A DNA stretch of 63,844 nucleotides, filler included, from Stramenopiles sp. TOSAG23-6 (GCA_900128565.1; 9 parts of 9 records of this genome joined end to end with filler, not necessarily neighbours in it), one strand, 5' to 3'. Shown: positions 1-12,589, numbered from the whole stretch's first letter. The notes: generated from the letters alone by a model not told the origin. A program made the numbers and translations.

Positions 1-52
1 ACGAAATTTCGTACCTAACGATTTTTTTTTGAAATATTTTTTCACAATACGT

Positions 53-412
53 GTTGCGTGTCTTGTATTTGAACTAGCTACAGGTGATTTGCTCTTTGAC
101 CCTCAAGGAGGTGCAGGTTTTTCGAGAGATGATGATCACCTCGCGCAGGCTCTAGAACTTCTTGGGAAATGTCCAAAAAATGTAGCTCTTCACGGAAAAT
201 TTGCGAAGAAATTTTTTAACAGAAAAGGAGAATTGCGCAATATACGCAAATTGCGATTTTGGCCTTTAGAGCAAGTCTTGCATGAAAAATACGATCTATT
301 AATTGAGGAAGCGAAGCCAATGGCTGATTTTCTCACAAAATGTTTGACATACTCGTCTAAAAAACGCGCAACTGCTGAAGAGTGTTTAAAACATCCTTGG
401 CTTAACTCCTAA
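53..412 (+). CDS. SRPK: SRPK-family Ser/Arg protein kinase, last exon (partial)
   Basis: VACLVFELATGDLLFDP, RDDDHLAQ..ELLG, LRNIRKLRFWPL, RATAEECLKHPWL are typical of the SRPK C-lobe; preceded by the 3' end of an intron element (...cacaatacGT|GTT). Confidence 0.9.
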   Translation, partial: VACLVFELATGDLLFDPQGGAGFSRDDDHLAQALELLGKCPKNVALHGKFAKKFFNRKGELRNIRKLRFWPLEQVLHEKYDLLIEEAKPMADFLTKCLTYSSKKRATAEECLKHPWLNS

Positions 413-494
413 ATATCTTGTATGTTGTAGTGGAGATTTGATGTTTTTACAAATAAAGCACAGTTTTTCCTTATAAAAATGTTTATTTTATATT

Positions 495-1523
495 TTATAA
501 TTCCCAGTCAAATTCATCACCTGTGCTCCCAATGGTATCTTCAACGACACTAGGAGGAGAAGTTGTCGCATCAATATTTGAGGAATATTCTCCAAATATA
601 TAACCTACTACTAACATATATATAAATACACATAGCTTAAATAAAAGATATATCAAACAAAGTAGTATAATTGGAATACAATACCTAAAATAGCCAAAAC
701 ATAAACCGTCCAAATATCGATATACTCGCAAAAGATTGAAACCAGTTGACATGAATTTATATAGTGTATTTGGATCCATTGCAGCAAACATTTCTGCATA
801 CTTTTTCATTGCTTCTACCTGCATCTTATCAGCCCCAGAAGACGTTGCTGGTAAAGAAGATGCTACAGTTTTAAAATATTCCTTTAATTGCTGACCATTC
901 ATACCGGCAAGGAAATCAAATTGGGAACCTATTGTACTAGAGGATGGAACCGAAGTCGTTGAGTTTGACGAAGTTCCCGAAGACATTCCAGAAGACATAC
1001 CTGCTTGCATTGCTTGTATTTGAGCAGGTGTCATTTTTGACACTTTCTCCTGCTGTGCTTTAAACTCTGATGCAGTCATGTTTTTCATCCTATCAGCCAT
1101 CATTTTAACCATGTTAGGATTATCTGCCAGCATTTCCATTTGCTTCGCTTGGGCACAAAGTTGTTCGTTCGTCAAGTGAGCTAGTTGAGGGTTTTGACGC
1201 CGAACGGCATCTGGCTGAGTTTTAAGCATGTGAGCTTGCATACGTAACTGTCCTGGATTCGCATTTTTTAACTGATCTGCCTGAGATTGCAATTGCTCAG
1301 TTGTAAGCGATGGCATTTCGTTATTGTTACATTTGGTACTTGTATTTTGACTAGAAGCTGTGCCTTTTTTATATTGACGAAGTAACTTTACAAATTCGTG
1401 TGGTTCGACGTTTTCTTTCAGTAATTCACGAAGATGCTGCTTTTCGACGCACTTCGAATAATCAACACCTTTTGCAGAAAGAGCCTGTTTCATCTGCTTT
1501 ACTGATGCCGTATCATAGGACAT
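495..1523 (-). CDS. Gln/Met-rich STI1-like protein with C-terminal transmembrane segment
   Basis: NPNMVKMMADRMKNM-type STI1-like repeats, N-terminal KGVDYSKCVEKQHL motif, hydrophobic C-terminal helix; start placed at MSYDT. Confidence 0.5.
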   Translation of the reverse strand: MSYDTASVKQMKQALSAKGVDYSKCVEKQHLRELLKENVEPHEFVKLLRQYKKGTASSQNTSTKCNNNEMPSLTTEQLQSQADQLKNANPGQLRMQAHMLKTQPDAVRRQNPQLAHLTNEQLCAQAKQMEMLADNPNMVKMMADRMKNMTASEFKAQQEKVSKMTPAQIQAMQAGMSSGMSSGTSSNSTTSVPSSSTIGSQFDFLAGMNGQQLKEYFKTVASSLPATSSGADKMQVEAMKKYAEMFAAMDPNTLYKFMSTGFNLLRVYRYLDGLCFGYFRYCIPIILLCLIYLLFKLCVFIYMLVVGYIFGEYSSNIDATTSPPSVVEDTIGSTGDEFDWEL

Positions 1524-1807
1524 GACTATAGAAAGCACAATAAAATCAACTCGAGGAGTACTTTTTTTCAAGACTCTCGAGAAGTCGAAGTAATAATAAT
1601 AATAATGCTTGTTTTATTGTGTCGAAGTCGTCGAAGTCACTCGATGATTCTGAAATTTTTTGATTGGCCGGCCCTAACCCTAACCCTAGTGACTATAGCC
1701 TAAAGACAAGAGACAACACAATAATTTATGTGTGTGTATAAGACACGTCATACACTGAATGATACAGAGCAAGATTTGATTCCAATCAGATTTATTTTTA
1801 TCTTGTA

Positions 1808-3700
1808 TCAGTTTTGATTTAATTTGTCAACTTCTTTAATAACCATTTTTGCAACCTCTTCAATATTCATATCAGTGCATGCAGGATCAACTACAACGTC
1901 TACCATGACACTACCGCCACTAGTTCTAGTTTCTCTGAATATTTGTTTATCGTAAAGTCTATCATAATAATGTAAAGCCTTGTCTGCAAAATCTCTAAAA
2001 TTACTTCCAGCGAGTAATTCAAGCATTTCATTGCAACGCTCACGTCCAAGTCTACGTTCTAATGTTCGAGTTGCATTAGCCATTTTCTCGAACCAATCAG
2101 CAGATGGTTTACTGATTTTAATGTTATTTGCATACTCTATTGATGTCATTTCATCACGATTTATATCTGCAGCTCCTACATGTATTTTGGAAAAATATTT
2201 GAAAGAAAAATCGTTAGGTACAAAATTTACTATAAAAAATATTCGAATTTGAATTTGAAAAAACATAAAACATACATAATCTTGAATTAAAATTGAGAGA
2301 CGAGAAGCACGCGGTACAACAAGCTTGATAATGATAGGCGCGGTTTGCATTAAACGATATAAACCAAGCGGTAAGTTAATCTGGCCAATATTAGGCCCTT
2401 CATCTTCGATAAATACAACCTCATTTTCATTTAAACGCGACCATTCAATGGCAATATTATTCATAAATTGCTGTTTTGTTGGCTGATTCCCATGGCCTAT
2501 TGACCCAAATGCTGAGCCATTGTGCATAGCTATTCCTTCTAAATCTAAGACTTGTTTTCCAAGTTTGTCTCTTAGAGCATGAATAATCCTTGTTTTCCCA
2601 CTACCAGTTCTGCCTGTAATAATGATAACTTTTGGTTGTTTTGAAGGATAGTTTATCGGCCATTGGGCTTCAGCTAGTGCTTCTTCTTGTTTCTCTTTTT
2701 TTTTCTTAGCTAAATTTTTCTTTACTTCAGTAATCAAATCCCCTTCGAATTGTTTTAACCTTTTCTCATTAGTTGCAGCGCGACGAGCTGCACCATCTTG
2801 CAGCAGCATAGTGTTGTCTTCTCCTTTCAAGTTCTTTCTTCTAACGTTTTGCTCTCTCTTTTTGTTCATTCTTTCCATGTATTTCGGATTCTTTACCGCT
2901 TCGCGTAATTGAATTAACTTTTTCAGCTTTTTACCTTTCACAAATTGAAGTAGTGCACGATCACTTTCAATGTCACTATCCATGTGAGTTGTGGTCATGT
3001 CAGCTTCTTTCAACACATGTGTGTTTTCTCGAGCCCAGGAGTATCCGGCACTATTTGGCACGTAGCAGTACATCTCACGCGCCCATCTTTTAAAGCTTTT
3101 GTATCCACCAGTTAATACAAATGTTTTTGCACTTGGCAAACGGCGTTGAAGTAGAAACGCAAAAGAGTGAGATCGCATGCCACCCCTCGAACAGTAGATA
3201 ACAACTTTGCGCTGACCGCCCAGAAGCTCCGCCACCTTCTCTTTCAATTTTGACAATTTCGGCCTAACAATATCCATACCTTCAGTCAGAGCACTCTCAC
3301 GACTTCGTGTCTTAAAAGTTGTACCCACGCATTCACGTTCTTTATCTGAAAATAAAGGAACATTGAATGCGTTACATATATGACCTGATAAAAACTCAGA
3401 AGGTGATCGAACATCTATAATTACACTCTCGTCTGAATTCAATAGATTCACGGCGCATAGCGCATCAATATTCGGTATTGTTTCCTTCACGCGTACTGCA
3501 AAGGCTGAAAGAACTTCGGGAGATGTTTCCTGCGAATTGGATAGTAGGAGAAGAAAATTTTCATCATCAATATCATTATTATTATTCTTAGTCCTACATG
3601 TTTGGCCATGTATACCTTGCCTAATATGAAGCCATTTCTTGTCGCCCTTTAGAAATGATGGCACACTTTTTACTAGAAACCGAATCATGTTGGTATACAT
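1808..3700 (-). CDS. mnmH: tRNA 2-selenouridine synthase-like (rhodanese + P-loop); in-frame intron 2180-2275
   Basis: IDVRSPSEF..GHI, YCSRGGMRS, GGYK, GRTGSGKT, LDLEGIA.H.GS.FG, EDEG motifs; removing the 96-nt GT-AT element gives IQDY|VGA. Confidence 0.85.
   Translation of the reverse strand: MYTNMIRFLVKSVPSFLKGDKKWLHIRQGIHGQTCRTKNNNNDIDDENFLLLLSNSQETSPEVLSAFAVRVKETIPNIDALCAVNLLNSDESVIIDVRSPSEFLSGHICNAFNVPLFSDKERECVGTTFKTRSRESALTEGMDIVRPKLSKLKEKVAELLGGQRKVVIYCSRGGMRSHSFAFLLQRRLPSAKTFVLTGGYKSFKRWAREMYCYVPNSAGYSWARENTHVLKEADMTTTHMDSDIESDRALLQFVKGKKLKKLIQLREAVKNPKYMERMNKKREQNVRRKNLKGEDNTMLLQDGAARRAATNEKRLKQFEGDLITEVKKNLAKKKKEKQEEALAEAQWPINYPSKQPKVIIITGRTGSGKTRIIHALRDKLGKQVLDLEGIAMHNGSAFGSIGHGNQPTKQQFMNNIAIEWSRLNENEVVFIEDEGPNIGQINLPLGLYRLMQTAPIIIKLVVPRASRLSILIQDYVCFMFFQIQIRIFFIVNFVPNDFSFKYFSKIHVGAADINRDEMTSIEYANNIKISKPSADWFEKMANATRTLERRLGRERCNEMLELLAGSNFRDFADKALHYYDRLYDKQIFRETRTSGGSVMVDVVVDPACTDMNIEEVAKMVIKEVDKLNQN
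2180..2275 (-). mobile_element. Introner-like GT-AT intron
   Basis: TAT|gtatgtttt...gtaaattttgtacctaac...ccaaaatacat|GTA; the nearest downstream AG would shift the frame. Confidence 0.8.
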
Positions 3701-3941
3701 ACAATGTCTTAGAACACAAAAACTGTCGGAGGAGGAAGGTCGGAGGTCCGTAAAGCGAAAGGTAGCATTTTCAACGTACGTACCGGCGTAAAACCCCCGA
3801 ACAAACAGTTACTTTTATCATTATCTTCGGTCTTACTACTACTATTGATATCATTAGGAATAATTATCATATGAGCCATTTATAATTTGAAAATAGGTCG
3901 GCTAATAGGAATCAAATGTTCAAATTACTGTACAATTCTTA

Positions 3942-6071
3942 ATGTCGAATTATTTTGCAAAAGATATCCCAACATTAGCTGTTAAGGAAGACACAGTGAA
4001 GACAAACCGAACATACGCAGCACTTGAGATTTACAATACAGAAATAAAATATGTTCAAGACTTGCGTCTGATTAAGCGTTTCTATATTGATGCACTTAAA
4101 GAAAAACATAATAGTATTCTTGTTACAAAGCAGGAGGTGAATAATATCTTCTCAGGTGTTGAGGTTATTCTAAAACTAGGTAGTCAATTTTGTATAGCCT
4201 TGGGTGAAAAATGCATTAATTGGACTGATGATCTTACTATAGGAGATATCTTTATTAAGTTTGCCCCGTTTTTTAAAATGTATACTCATTACACTTGTAG
4301 ATATCAAGACGCATCTCGTACACTGCTAGATCTGCAAAAGGTCAACCTCATGTTTCGAAATTTCATTGAAAAACAAGATAGAAAAGCGACTCATTTGGTT
4401 TCAAAACGAAATGGTAGCCAGAAAATAATCAAATTAGTCTCACTAATGATTGCGCCAGTACAGCGTGTACCTCGATATAAACTTTTATTAATAGCTCTCC
4501 TTAATAACACTCCAATGGATCATCCCGATTACGGATTGTTAGTCACTGCAATTAAGAAAATGAATGACGCCACGTTGCACATAGAAAAGTTTATTGCTCA
4601 GATTGAAGATCAACACAAGCTCATACTTCTCCAGGATATTGCACTTGATGCTTCTGGAGCTTACCCAATCAACCTATTAAGACCTGGAGTATCTTATGTA
4701 TATGATGGCTGGCTTAGAGTTCAATTTTTTGGAGGCAATATGTCTTCACCGAGTTATCGTAGATCAAAAAATAGTAAGTATATCGGTGTGTTACTGAAAG
4801 CAACTTTGACATTTAGCCTAATTTTAGCAAGGAAGAGTTCTCTCGGAGTTGAGCAAAAGGATATAACAATTTCCCAGTGGGAAGACAGAGAAAACGAAAT
4901 AGAAATCAGCACTAATTCTAGAGATCGATTGACAGTGAAAGAAAATGAACATCAGATATTGATCCACGGATATCCGTGGACTGTATTACTAAGATTTGAT
5001 ACCATTCAGGAAAAAACAAAATGGGTTAAAGTATTAGAAAGCTCTATGCCTGGTTTCAGAAAGAGTGTTATTGACAGGGTTGAGTCGAAACAATCAATTC
5101 TTTCTACTTATGTTGCAATTTGGAAAGATGACAAAACAGCATGCATGCACTGTGGTAAAAAATATGGATTTTTTATACGATGTCATCACTGTAGGAAGTG
5201 CGGATATAGCGTGTGTCATGGTTGTTCAAAGCATACGGCCATGATACCAGTAATTGATACAATTAATCCTGTGCGTGTTTGTAACAAATGCTACGCAAGT
5301 CTGCGCCAGACAGAAGAATTTGAGAAGGAACTACCGTTGGATAGACTACGACGCATATCTCTACGATTATCGGAAAACAGACTGGTTACATCTAAAAATG
5401 AAGTAAATGATTCAAAAGGTAAGGATTCTAAGGAATTACAATCTTCAAGACCATTTGTAAATAATGTACTTAACTGTGAATATTCTCCAATGGGTTGTAC
5501 TATTGGCGCTCACTGTTATACAGATTCTTCAGTAATAATTACAAAACTTAGTAGTGCTTTAAACGGATTACCTATAATCCGAACAGCAAATAAAGCGCGA
5601 GGCTCTACGTCAGCGCATTTACTGACTTTGGATTTCTGTTCATCGTGGCCAGGAGGGTATTATTTAATCGCCATACCAGAAAGCAAGAGGAATCCATTTT
5701 GGATACAAGCACTTTGTGAGGAAACAAACTATTTCATTGAAATATGTCAAAAGTCAAAAGCGTTGTCTATTCCTTTTGGTATTACAAAAATGAGTGTTTG
5801 GAGATCGAAAGAAACTTTTGTTGCATCTGGCCCAAAAGCCTTTTTACCTGGAGCAAGCATTGATGAAAGTGTCCATTTCATTTGTAATTACTTTTTGATC
5901 CTTCAACCAGATCGCCAAGCAGTGAATGTATCTAGAGGATCAAAGCTATTAAAATCATTGCTAAATGATAATATTGATAATGATAATAATGACAATAGTA
6001 AACACATGATATCAAAAACTCTAGCGAGACAGTTTGTACATGGTCAAGTGAGACGTTTGAGGCGAAGTTGA
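3942..6071 (+). CDS. RhoGEF (DH) - PH-like - FYVE domain protein (FGD-like)
   Basis: EIYNTE..YV, IGDIF, APVQRVPRYKLLL..LL.NTP.DHPDY (DH); W.DD...CMHC..RCHHCRKCG..VC..CS...RVC..C (FYVE). Confidence 0.9.
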   Translation: MSNYFAKDIPTLAVKEDTVKTNRTYAALEIYNTEIKYVQDLRLIKRFYIDALKEKHNSILVTKQEVNNIFSGVEVILKLGSQFCIALGEKCINWTDDLTIGDIFIKFAPFFKMYTHYTCRYQDASRTLLDLQKVNLMFRNFIEKQDRKATHLVSKRNGSQKIIKLVSLMIAPVQRVPRYKLLLIALLNNTPMDHPDYGLLVTAIKKMNDATLHIEKFIAQIEDQHKLILLQDIALDASGAYPINLLRPGVSYVYDGWLRVQFFGGNMSSPSYRRSKNSKYIGVLLKATLTFSLILARKSSLGVEQKDITISQWEDRENEIEISTNSRDRLTVKENEHQILIHGYPWTVLLRFDTIQEKTKWVKVLESSMPGFRKSVIDRVESKQSILSTYVAIWKDDKTACMHCGKKYGFFIRCHHCRKCGYSVCHGCSKHTAMIPVIDTINPVRVCNKCYASLRQTEEFEKELPLDRLRRISLRLSENRLVTSKNEVNDSKGKDSKELQSSRPFVNNVLNCEYSPMGCTIGAHCYTDSSVIITKLSSALNGLPIIRTANKARGSTSAHLLTLDFCSSWPGGYYLIAIPESKRNPFWIQALCEETNYFIEICQKSKALSIPFGITKMSVWRSKETFVASGPKAFLPGASIDESVHFICNYFLILQPDRQAVNVSRGSKLLKSLLNDNIDNDNNDNSKHMISKTLARQFVHGQVRRLRRS

Positions 6072-6214
6072 TATAATATACGTATACATAGTTGTCGTGT
6101 AGATAAATACTTTTAGATTCATATGACAGGTGAAATCATCGTTATTCCAGAATTCCATTCAAAAAGTCAATTCATAAATAAACAACAAAAATAGTAAAAC
6201 TTAATTACATACAT

Positions 6215-7726
6215 TTATTTTGTTTTAGATTTCTGTGAAGCTTTTGCTATGTTATTAAACATTGCATCTGCACAAATAGCTGCCTCTTTCAAAGAAGCAC
6301 GTCTTCTCAACTTCAGTTTCGGTCTTTGATCACTAATTGTATAAGACATTTCTATACTTTCCGTAGAATCTGCTGATAAATACTGTTTGAAAGAGTGATT
6401 TTTTGTTTTAGTATTGTCGCGATATTTCATTGTGGCATTTGTTACTACGTTTGATCCAGTATTCCGAATATCATTTTCTATTTTTTTACTGTTTTCCTCT
6501 TTTGAATGTTTTGTGAAAAATATTGTTTTTTTTGGTTGTACAAATTGTATTCGTTAGGTACAAAATCTTTTTTACAAAATCTTTTTTACAAAACAAAAAA
6601 AAAATAAATGAATGATAAAAAATTACATCTATTTTTGCTTCTTCATTCTCAACCATGTCTACCCATCCATGTTCACACCAAGTACTCTTAGCAGTACTAA
6701 ATGATTTTGACAGATCATCTTCTGAGGTTTCATTAATCAATATTTCTCGAAGATACCGTCGTTCAATATAGCGACACATGTTTAGTACTAGATCGCATAA
6801 ATTTTGGGAAAATATTTTCAATTGTTTTTTGTTAGGTACAAAATTTCGTACGAAAAAAAATGAATTTAAATTTGATCCTGAAAACATACATTCACACGGA
6901 AGTAATGGCCAGTCAAATGGAACTGTATTATTTGTAAGACTTTCTCCTTGTGCAATTATTGTGAAAAATATTCTTTTTGAAATATTTTTTTTATTAGGTA
7001 CAAAATTGTCTATGAAAAAAACAAATAGAGAAAAAAAATGTGTTTTGGGGAAAAAACGTACTATTATTGCATGTGCAAGAATTTCAAACGCAAGCATTCT
7101 ATTTGTATTCACCCATCTCAATTGCACTTTATACGTTTTTGCAAGATATTTGACACCAAAATATATTTTGGAAAAATATTTCAAAAAAAAACTCATTAGG
7201 TACAAAATTTCGTACGAAAAAAAATTTCGAATTTGAAAAAAAATAAAACATACATGTCTCCGATTTTCCGCTAAATAATGTAAAATCCCATGTTTTATCG
7301 AGGTGACAATAAAAGGAAGCAAACGACTTCGATGTTTGGAATGCATCCCCGCACCATATTCTATCATTACTGCAAATAAAATACGACAGCCTTGAACTGC
7401 AATAAAAGGATCATCAGAATAAGCTAGGTTCATGTATTTTGGAAAAATATTTCAAAAAAAAAAAATCATTTTTGTTAGGTACAAAATTTCGTACGAAAAA
7501 TAAATTGAAAAAAAAATAAAACATACATTACACGTAAAAGTCTGCCTCTCAGTTTTCCTTCTTTCCATAAATATTTAAGATCTTCATTGTGTTTCATGGC
7601 ATTACCACAAAAATCTTCTGCTGACTTGATTGTAAAATAATCATTATCAATATCTGAACGTCTTATGTGATCAGTGGGTTGAATATTTAAAAAATCAACA
7701 TTATTATTTATATCTAAGCCAACTGC
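6215..7726 (-). CDS. Hypothetical multi-exon protein (5'-partial) interrupted by about 5 intron elements
   Basis: Coding-like segments alternate with copies of the gtacctaac element; e.g. CAT|gtatg...aaaatatat|TTT restores the frame. Confidence 0.55.
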
Positions 7727-7780
7727 ATGTATTTTGGAAAAATATTTCAAAAAAAATCTAAAAAAATTTGTTAGGTACAA

Positions 7781-7880
7781 NNNNNNNNNNNNNNNNNNNN
7801 NNNNNNNNNNNNNNNNNNNNNNNNTTAATTAATTAANNNNNNNNNNNNNNNNNNNNNNNNNNNNNNNNNNNNNNNNNNNN
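7781..7880. other. Artificial contig spacer N-TTAATTAATTAA-N (also 15653-15752, 23502-23601, 31351-31450, 39189-39288, 47021-47120, 54844-54943, 62663-62762)
   Basis: Identical 100-nt spacers with stops in all six frames; intervening contig lengths fall in order from 7772 to 7719. Confidence 0.97.
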
Positions 7881-7960
7881 TAAATTCGAAATTTGTTAGG
7901 TACAAAATTTCNGTACGAAANCTAAAAAAAAAAAATTTGAAATTCATAATGAAAAAGTAC

Positions 7961-8364
7961 ATAAATCGTCGGATCCGATTCGCACCTTCTCCACCTTCTG
8001 GAATGGCTCCTGCTGGTAGACCGGGTATCATTGACATAAATTGATTAAGAGGACCAAGATTCAATACACCTTCAAATTGATCTCTCATATGTGTTGTGAA
8101 AAAATATTTTTTTTAATAAAAAAAAATTCGTCAGGTACGAAATTTTCATAGTAAAAAATAAATAAATTCGAAATTGAAAAAAATAAAACATACATCCCGA
8201 AGGCTGAATTTTCCTTTAGATAAGCGATCCATCATTTCCGGAGCATTCTCCATAATTTTTGAATCTTTCATTGTTTCCATGAGGCCTTTTATATCACCCA
8301 TGCCAAGTAAACGACTTACAAAACCTCTCGCTTCGAATGGTTGAAAATCTTCAAAATGTTCGCC
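7961..8364 (-). CDS. SRP54: SRP54 fragment (mirror copy)
   Basis: Reverse complement of 15169-15572. Confidence 0.85.
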
Positions 8365-8508
8365 ATACAATGTCAAAATATATTTCAAATTTCATTGTTT
8401 TGTTAGACATCTTTTTCTTGTTTATTCTTGTTTATTCTTGTTTATTCTTGTTTAGGTACAACAATTCGTATTAAAAAAAATGTAGGGGAAACAATCATAA
8501 AGAAAATG

Positions 8509-8552
<44 letters not shown>

Positions 8553-8560
8553 GTTTTAAA

Positions 8561-8598
<38 letters not shown>

Positions 8599-8662
8599 AG
8601 GTATGAAATTTCATACGAAAATCTTTTTTTTTTTTTTGAAAATAATAATAAAAAAGACATAC

Positions 8663-10578
8663 AAATAACCAGCAACAACATCAGAAAAGTTATGACGATA
8701 ATCACGAGTTCGACTGACAATGCAAAGCACTATAGTATATCATATTTTGAATTTGTTAGGTATATCATACTAATAAAAGATAGCAACTAAATATCAACCA
8801 GAAAAAAAAATCGTTTTTTCTTAGGTACAAAATTTCGTATGAAAATTTAAAAAAAAAAATGAAATTATGAAAATGTACGCAGTTCCCCAAGCAGCAAATT
8901 GTGGAATAAGAAACAAAAACACTTTCCAAGCCTGTCCACCTCCACTCTGGAACATACCTGTTTTACCAGCACAATATAACGAAAATAAAGTACCACCCAA
9001 AGCGGACAATGCAGAATGTCCCGATGGAAAACTTAACTGTGTGTTTGGACAATATGGTACAAAAGAGTATAAGTGTTAGGTACACAATTTTATATGAAAA
9101 AAATATATATATTTAGGTATACAATTTCGTACCAAAAAAAAAAATTTCAAAATTTCAAAATTTCAAAATTTTTTTTTTTTTAAATAAAAAATTGAAAAAA
9201 TAAAAAAATACATGTGCTTCCAAAACATCTTTGATATCAAGATCATCCACTCCATTACCATATTGTTGAATACGTGCTAAATAATCTGGACGCAATCGAC
9301 CTGCGCTTAATTTAATACCTTCAAGAATACAAAATGCCATAGCAAATGATGTAGCAAGTGCTAATGCAAAATGGTGCATATCGTGTAAAGACCGTAAAAA
9401 AAATGTATTGTAGGACAATATTTGAAATTTTTTGATTTTTTTTCGTTAGGTACGAAATTTTTATAGTAATTTTTTTTTAGATTTTTTAGAAAAAAAAAAA
9501 TGAAATAATAAAAAAATATATTGTTGAAGAATAATGACGCAAATAGGTGGAACAACTAAGGTACCACCCATCAATAATGGTACAGTCACAGTATATAGTA
9601 TAGAAAATATTTCATTTTTTTAATGTGTTAGGTACAAAATTAACTACGAAAAAAAAAAAAAAAAAGTACTTCTTAGGGTTAGGGTTTTAAGATACATCTT
9701 TTCGATGTGGTTTATCAATAGCAAATGAATTCATTGTTCCACTTGTTGTTGTTGGATCACTTTCCAATGAAGCATTACCAAGAGGACCAACACGTACGTA
9801 TGGTTTTACAGTAAAATGCATAATTGCACCAATAATTTAATTTTGAAAAATATTTCAACAAAAAAAATTGAAATTCGTTAAGTACAAAAAGTCGTATATA
9901 TAGATTGTTTTTTTTTAAATTTGTTAATTTTTTTTTTTTAAATGAATGAATGAATGATGAAACCATACATGAGATACATTGCACACCATGCCCAGTCAGC
10001 ATAGTACGATTTGACCCACCAATGATATGTATTGTACACAAATATTTGTCGTTTGAGTTTTTGTTAGGTACAAAATCTTCATACAAAAAATAAAAAATTG
10101 AAATTCACGATGAAAATGTACAAGTATCCATTCGAGTCCACTTGAGACCAAAACATGATGACTTTGACCAGACATCAATATCCTCTTCCACAATAGCTTG
10201 CATACGATAAAAATCCTTTGCAAGATTAGGTGCACTAGCCACAACTACTCGAGCAAGCATCGAGTTATTTGTGTCTTTCGCATCATACGCCGTTAAAGCT
10301 CGACAGAATTCATCAAAGGTAATATGCCCATCTGTATCAACATCAATTTGTTTAATGAATTTAGTGGCTTTACGAAGTTCATCTCCTTGATATATATGAA
10401 GTGCTTTTAGAACTTCTGACACTTCTTCGACGGATAAGTCACCACTTTTATCTACATCGATTTTATCAAACGCAGCACGAAGTACACAGAGTTGTTCAGG
10501 TGTTATCTTTCCCTGTTTAAGACACGCATCTACAAGTGGTGTATTCTTTGGTGACATCTCTTGCATTTCAAGTGTCAT
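8663..10578 (-). CDS. EF-hand + PAP2 phosphatase (mirror copy)
   Basis: Reverse complement of 12955-14870. Confidence 0.8.
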
Positions 10579-10943
10579 TGTTAGGTATTTTGAATGAGTG
10601 AGGAAGGGACCAAACACGTAAAATTAATACTAGCTAGGAAATAAATGAAGGAGCAAGAGAAGAAGAAGAGAGCGGAAAGAGAGCGTAAAGAGAAAGAAAG
10701 AGAGAATTCGAATTTTCGAACATCAAAAAGCCATCAAAAACAAATTTTTGACATCAATGATTGACATCGAACCCACGAAATCCGGGTGTTTTTTATCACC
10801 CACGAAATCTGGGTCTCGATTATTTATTGTGTTTCGTAACATTGGTCTCTTCGCACATGTCAGAAAAAAAAAAGTAAAACACAAACCTTTGAATCTGAAT
10901 ATATTTTCTATTTCAATTCACTTGAAACTTTACTTAAACCAAA

Positions 10944-11631
10944 ATGCGTGTATTAGTTGGCGTCAAGAGGGTGATTGATTATGCTGTCAAAGTCCGTATT
11001 AAACCTGACAAGTCATGTGTGGAGACAAACAACGTAAAAATGTCAATGAATCCATTTTGTGAAATTGCTGTGGAAGAAGCAGTCCGTTTAAAGGAAAAGA
11101 AAATCGCATCAGAAGTTGTCGCGCTTTCCATTGGTCCTAAACAGTGCCAAGAAACATTACGTACAGCCCTTGCGATGGGTGCTGATCGTGCTGTTCATGT
11201 TTTGACTGACATGCGAACTGACACAGAATTACAACCACTCGCTGTTGCAAAATTATTCGCAGAAATTGCAAAAGAAGAAGAGGTTGGTCTTGTTATTATG
11301 GGGAAACAAGCAATCGATGATGATAGTAATCAAACAGGGCAAATGACAGCTGGTCTTCTTGACTGGCCACAAGGAACATTTGCTTCTGATTTAAGTGTCA
11401 ATGTACGTACAATTTGAATTCATTCTTTTTTCATACGAAATGTTGTACCTAACCAATATTTTTTTTTGTAAAGATCAAATTTTTTTTTTTTCGTACTTTT
11501 GTAATCAGTGTAAATAACACAACTTGTACATTTTATACATATATTTCATACTATTGGATGATAAAACAAAAGCTACAGTGAAGAGAGAAATTGATGGAGG
11601 TGAACAAACCGTTGAGATGAAATTACCTGCA
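10944..11631 (+). CDS. ETFB: Electron transfer flavoprotein beta subunit (3'-truncated by the fold-back)
   Basis: [18 protein letters not shown]...[13 protein letters not shown]...[15 protein letters not shown]; exon 2 (~11557-11631) encodes [22 protein letters not shown]. Confidence 0.95.
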
Positions 11632-11901
11632 GTATGTTTTTCAATTATTATTATTATTTTTGTATGAAAATTCTGTACTTACCAAAAAATTAAAAAAAAA
11701 AAAAAAAAAAAAAAAATTAAATCTCACAAAATCAAAAAAAAAAATTAAAAAAAAAAAAAAAAAAAATTTTTTTTTTTTTTTTTTTTAATTTTTTTTTTTG
11801 ATTTTGTGAGATTTAATTTTTTTTTTTTTTTTTTTTTTTTTAATTTTTTGGTAAGTACAGAATTTTCATACAAAAATAATAATAATAATTGAAAAACATA
11901 C

Positions 11902-12589
11902 TGCAGGTAATTTCATCTCAACGGTTTGTTCACCTCCATCAATTTCTCTCTTCACTGTAGCTTTTGTTTTATCATCCAATAGTATGAAATATATGTATAA
12001 AATGTACAAGTTGTGTTATTTACACTGATTACAAAAGTACGAAAAAAAAAAAATTTGATCTTTACAAAAAAAAATATTGGTTAGGTACAACATTTCGTAT
12101 GAAAAAAGAATGAATTCAAATTGTACGTACATTGACACTTAAATCAGAAGCAAATGTTCCTTGTGGCCAGTCAAGAAGACCAGCTGTCATTTGCCCTGTT
12201 TGATTACTATCATCATCGATTGCTTGTTTCCCCATAATAACAAGACCAACCTCTTCTTCTTTTGCAATTTCTGCGAATAATTTTGCAACAGCGAGTGGTT
12301 GTAATTCTGTGTCAGTTCGCATGTCAGTCAAAACATGAACAGCACGATCAGCACCCATCGCAAGGGCTGTACGTAATGTTTCTTGGCACTGTTTAGGACC
12401 AATGGAAAGCGCGACAACTTCTGATGCGATTTTCTTTTCCTTTAAACGGACTGCTTCTTCCACAGCAATTTCACAAAATGGATTCATTGACATTTTTACG
12501 TTGTTTGTCTCCACACATGACTTGTCAGGTTTAATACGGACTTTGACAGCATAATCAATCACCCTCTTGACGCCAACTAATACACGCAT
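11902..12589 (-). CDS. ETFB: ETF beta (mirror copy)
   Basis: Reverse complement of 10944-11631. Confidence 0.9.

Noticed and set aside
7825-7836. Recurrent TTAATTAATTAA motif every ~7.8 kb
   Set aside because: Artificial six-frame-stop spacer within N runs; gene adjacency across spacers is meaningless
11403-11556. Possible GT-TG intron in ETFB
   Set aside because: Several in-frame acceptors are possible in a poorly conserved loop; the boundary cannot be fixed without cDNA
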